DNA of 27,029 nt from Myxococcota bacterium (GTDB lineage: Bacteria > Myxococcota > JACRCW01), in assembly GCA_040752415.1 (NCBI GenBank), contig JBFMGU010000146.1:1-27029 (forward strand), given 5' to 3'. The notes under the pieces are model-generated. The model did not search any database, had not been told where the DNA came from, and saw only the letters and a program-made list of their open reading frames with translations. Position numbers and translations under genes: made by a program. This document shows positions 25,554 to 27,029 of the stretch, one piece after another (the stretch's first letter is position 1; the number at the start of each line of letters is the position of its first letter).

Positions 25554-25609
25554 CCCGCTTAGCCTGGTCACACGTTTCACGAAGTGGGTGAACGGTCGAG
25601 CGGCGCCCT

Positions 25610-25661
25610 GGAGTGCGGTGCCACGCGCCCAAGCGCGCCACGACGTGCAGCACCGCCCTGG
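25610..25661 (+). repeat. Long-loop variant of the REP-like palindrome
   Basis: GGAGT-GCGGTGC ... GCACCGC-CCTGG. Confidence 0.45.
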
Positions 25662-25687
25662 TTCAGGTCACCTGTCAGCGACTCCTA

Positions 25688-25980
25688 AGCACCTGGCCAG
25701 AAGTTCCTTCACATCTGGAAGACTCCGGTTGAGCCCGAACAGCTCCGACCAAAGCGGTATTTCAGACCGCACTCCCAGGGTGCCGGCCGCGCCCATCCCA
25801 TTGGGCGGAGAAGCCGGCACGCAGAGTTTCCCGACGAGCAGCCGCGGTGCGGGCACTCCGATGAAAGCGCACTCACGGCGCCCGCACCTTTGGGAGCGCG
25901 GTCTGAAATACCGCTTGGGCTCGGGCTGTCCGGGCTCACCGGAGCTCCTCCATATGTGAAAGAACTTCTGGCCAGGTGCT
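25688..25980. repeat. ~96-bp imperfect inverted repeat pair, each arm containing a REP core (REPIN/MITE-like)
   Basis: 25688-25783 is the approximate reverse complement of 25884-25980 (AGCACCTGGCCAGAAGTTC...GAACTTCTGGCCAGGTGCT). Confidence 0.88.
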
Positions 25981-26042
25981 CAGCCCGCCCGGCGCCTGTC
26001 GTGGCGTGACCGGTTGCGTGGGGGTCTGGTACGCCTGCGTGC

Positions 26043-26711
26043 ATGACCACCCGCGTGCTCCTGGTCCGCCACGGCGCGACCACCCTCACCGCCGAGGACC
26101 GCTTCGCCGGTTCCACCGACGTGCTGCTCTCCGAGACCGGCGAGCGCCAGGCGCAGGCCCTGGCCGAACGACTGCGCGACGCCGCGGTGACCGCCGTGTA
26201 CAGCAGCCCCATGCGTCGGACCATCCGCACCGCGGAGATCCTGGCGTTGCCCCACAACCTCACCGTGCAACGTGTGGACGCCCTGCGCGAGATCGATCAC
26301 GGGCGCTGGGAGCAGCGCACGCGCGCGGAGGTGGAGCGCGAGTACGGTGAGGAATACGCGTCGTGGGAGGAGGACCCGTTCACGTTCGCGCCCGTCGGGG
26401 GAGAGTCCGGGTTGGCGGTACTCGCGCGTGCGCTGCCCGCGGTGCGGGAGCTGGTGCAGCGGCATCCCAACCAGACCGTGCTCGTGGTCTCCCACAAGGC
26501 AACCATCCGCCTGCTCATCGGGAGTCTGCTGGGGTTTGACCTGCGCGGGTATCGCGACCGGCTGGACCAGCAGCCGTGTTGTCTCAACGTGCTGGACTTC
26601 AAGGACGCCACGCGCGCGCGCCTGATGCTGTTCAATGACGTCTCGCACTACGAGAACCAGCCCACGCCGAGGACGAGCGCGCTCAGCAAGTGGTGGGACA
26701 CCAAGGCGTGA
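26043..26711 (+). CDS. Histidine phosphatase (phosphoglycerate mutase) family protein
   Basis: LVRHG, YSSPMRR, LREIDHGRWE, GGES and VVSH motifs. Confidence 0.95.
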   Translation: MTTRVLLVRHGATTLTAEDRFAGSTDVLLSETGERQAQALAERLRDAAVTAVYSSPMRRTIRTAEILALPHNLTVQRVDALREIDHGRWEQRTRAEVEREYGEEYASWEEDPFTFAPVGGESGLAVLARALPAVRELVQRHPNQTVLVVSHKATIRLLIGSLLGFDLRGYRDRLDQQPCCLNVLDFKDATRARLMLFNDVSHYENQPTPRTSALSKWWDTKA

Positions 26712-26739
26712 TGCGGCGGGTGGGGGTTGGCCGCTCAAG

Positions 26740-26912
26740 CGGAGGCAAAGCGGTACTTCATACCGCAGTCCGAAAGTGCGGCCGCCGCTGGCGCGCTGTT
26801 CGTGGGCCGCACGTGGTGTCGTCGGAGGAATGAAACCGTGTGCCGGTCATGACTCCACGGCAGAGCGCCGGCACACTCTCGGACTGCGGTATGAAGTACC
26901 GCTTTGCCTCCG
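26740..26912. repeat. 39-bp inverted REP pair (REPIN-like)
   Basis: 26740-26778 is the reverse complement of 26874-26912 with one mismatch; ~95-bp spacer. Confidence 0.9.
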
Positions 26913-26973
26913 GTCAGCAGGCCGAGCGACCCAAGACACCCGCCTCGTCGTCGTCGCACCGGAGAGCTCGAAG

Positions 26974-27013
26974 CCAAAGCGGTATTCCAGACCGCACTCC
27001 CAGAGTGCCGGCC
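26974..27013 (-). repeat. REP-like palindrome, GGAG subtype
   Basis: CCAAAGCGGTATTCCAGACCGCACTCCCAGAGTGCCGGCC is near-identical to 25749-25788. Confidence 0.85.
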
Positions 27014-27029
27014 GTGGGTCGCGCTGGGC

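Overview
High-GC bacterial DNA, probably Myxococcota-like judging from the Cys-rich lipoproteins. The backbone carries an EF-hand/CHAP-like amidase, a PKD + FG-GAP lipoprotein, two sensor kinases, a lipoprotein esterase, a MauG/BthA-type di-heme enzyme paired with a large secreted Fn3/Ig protein, a CUB-Kazal lipoprotein and a histidine phosphatase. A lower-GC island of about 7.6 kb (12357-19930) is bounded by a ~117-bp near-perfect direct repeat that includes the 3' end of the Fn3 gene. The island holds a four-gene minus-strand defence-like operon: an MmeI/YeeA(DnmA)-like m6A methyltransferase with no obvious nuclease motif, an extra HKD/PLD-family nuclease, a YeeB-like SF2 helicase and a YeeC-like GIY-YIG/T5orf172 nuclease. 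A truncated IS3 fragment sits at its right end. Just outside the island, an alpha-helical hypothetical gene is followed by four 43-bp hairpin-bearing tandem repeats. A REP-like palindrome family (GGA[G/C]TGCGGT-N7-ACCGCTT) occurs at least 6 times, including two long inverted pairs flanking the phosphatase gene. All calls come from reading motifs by eye; no searches were run.
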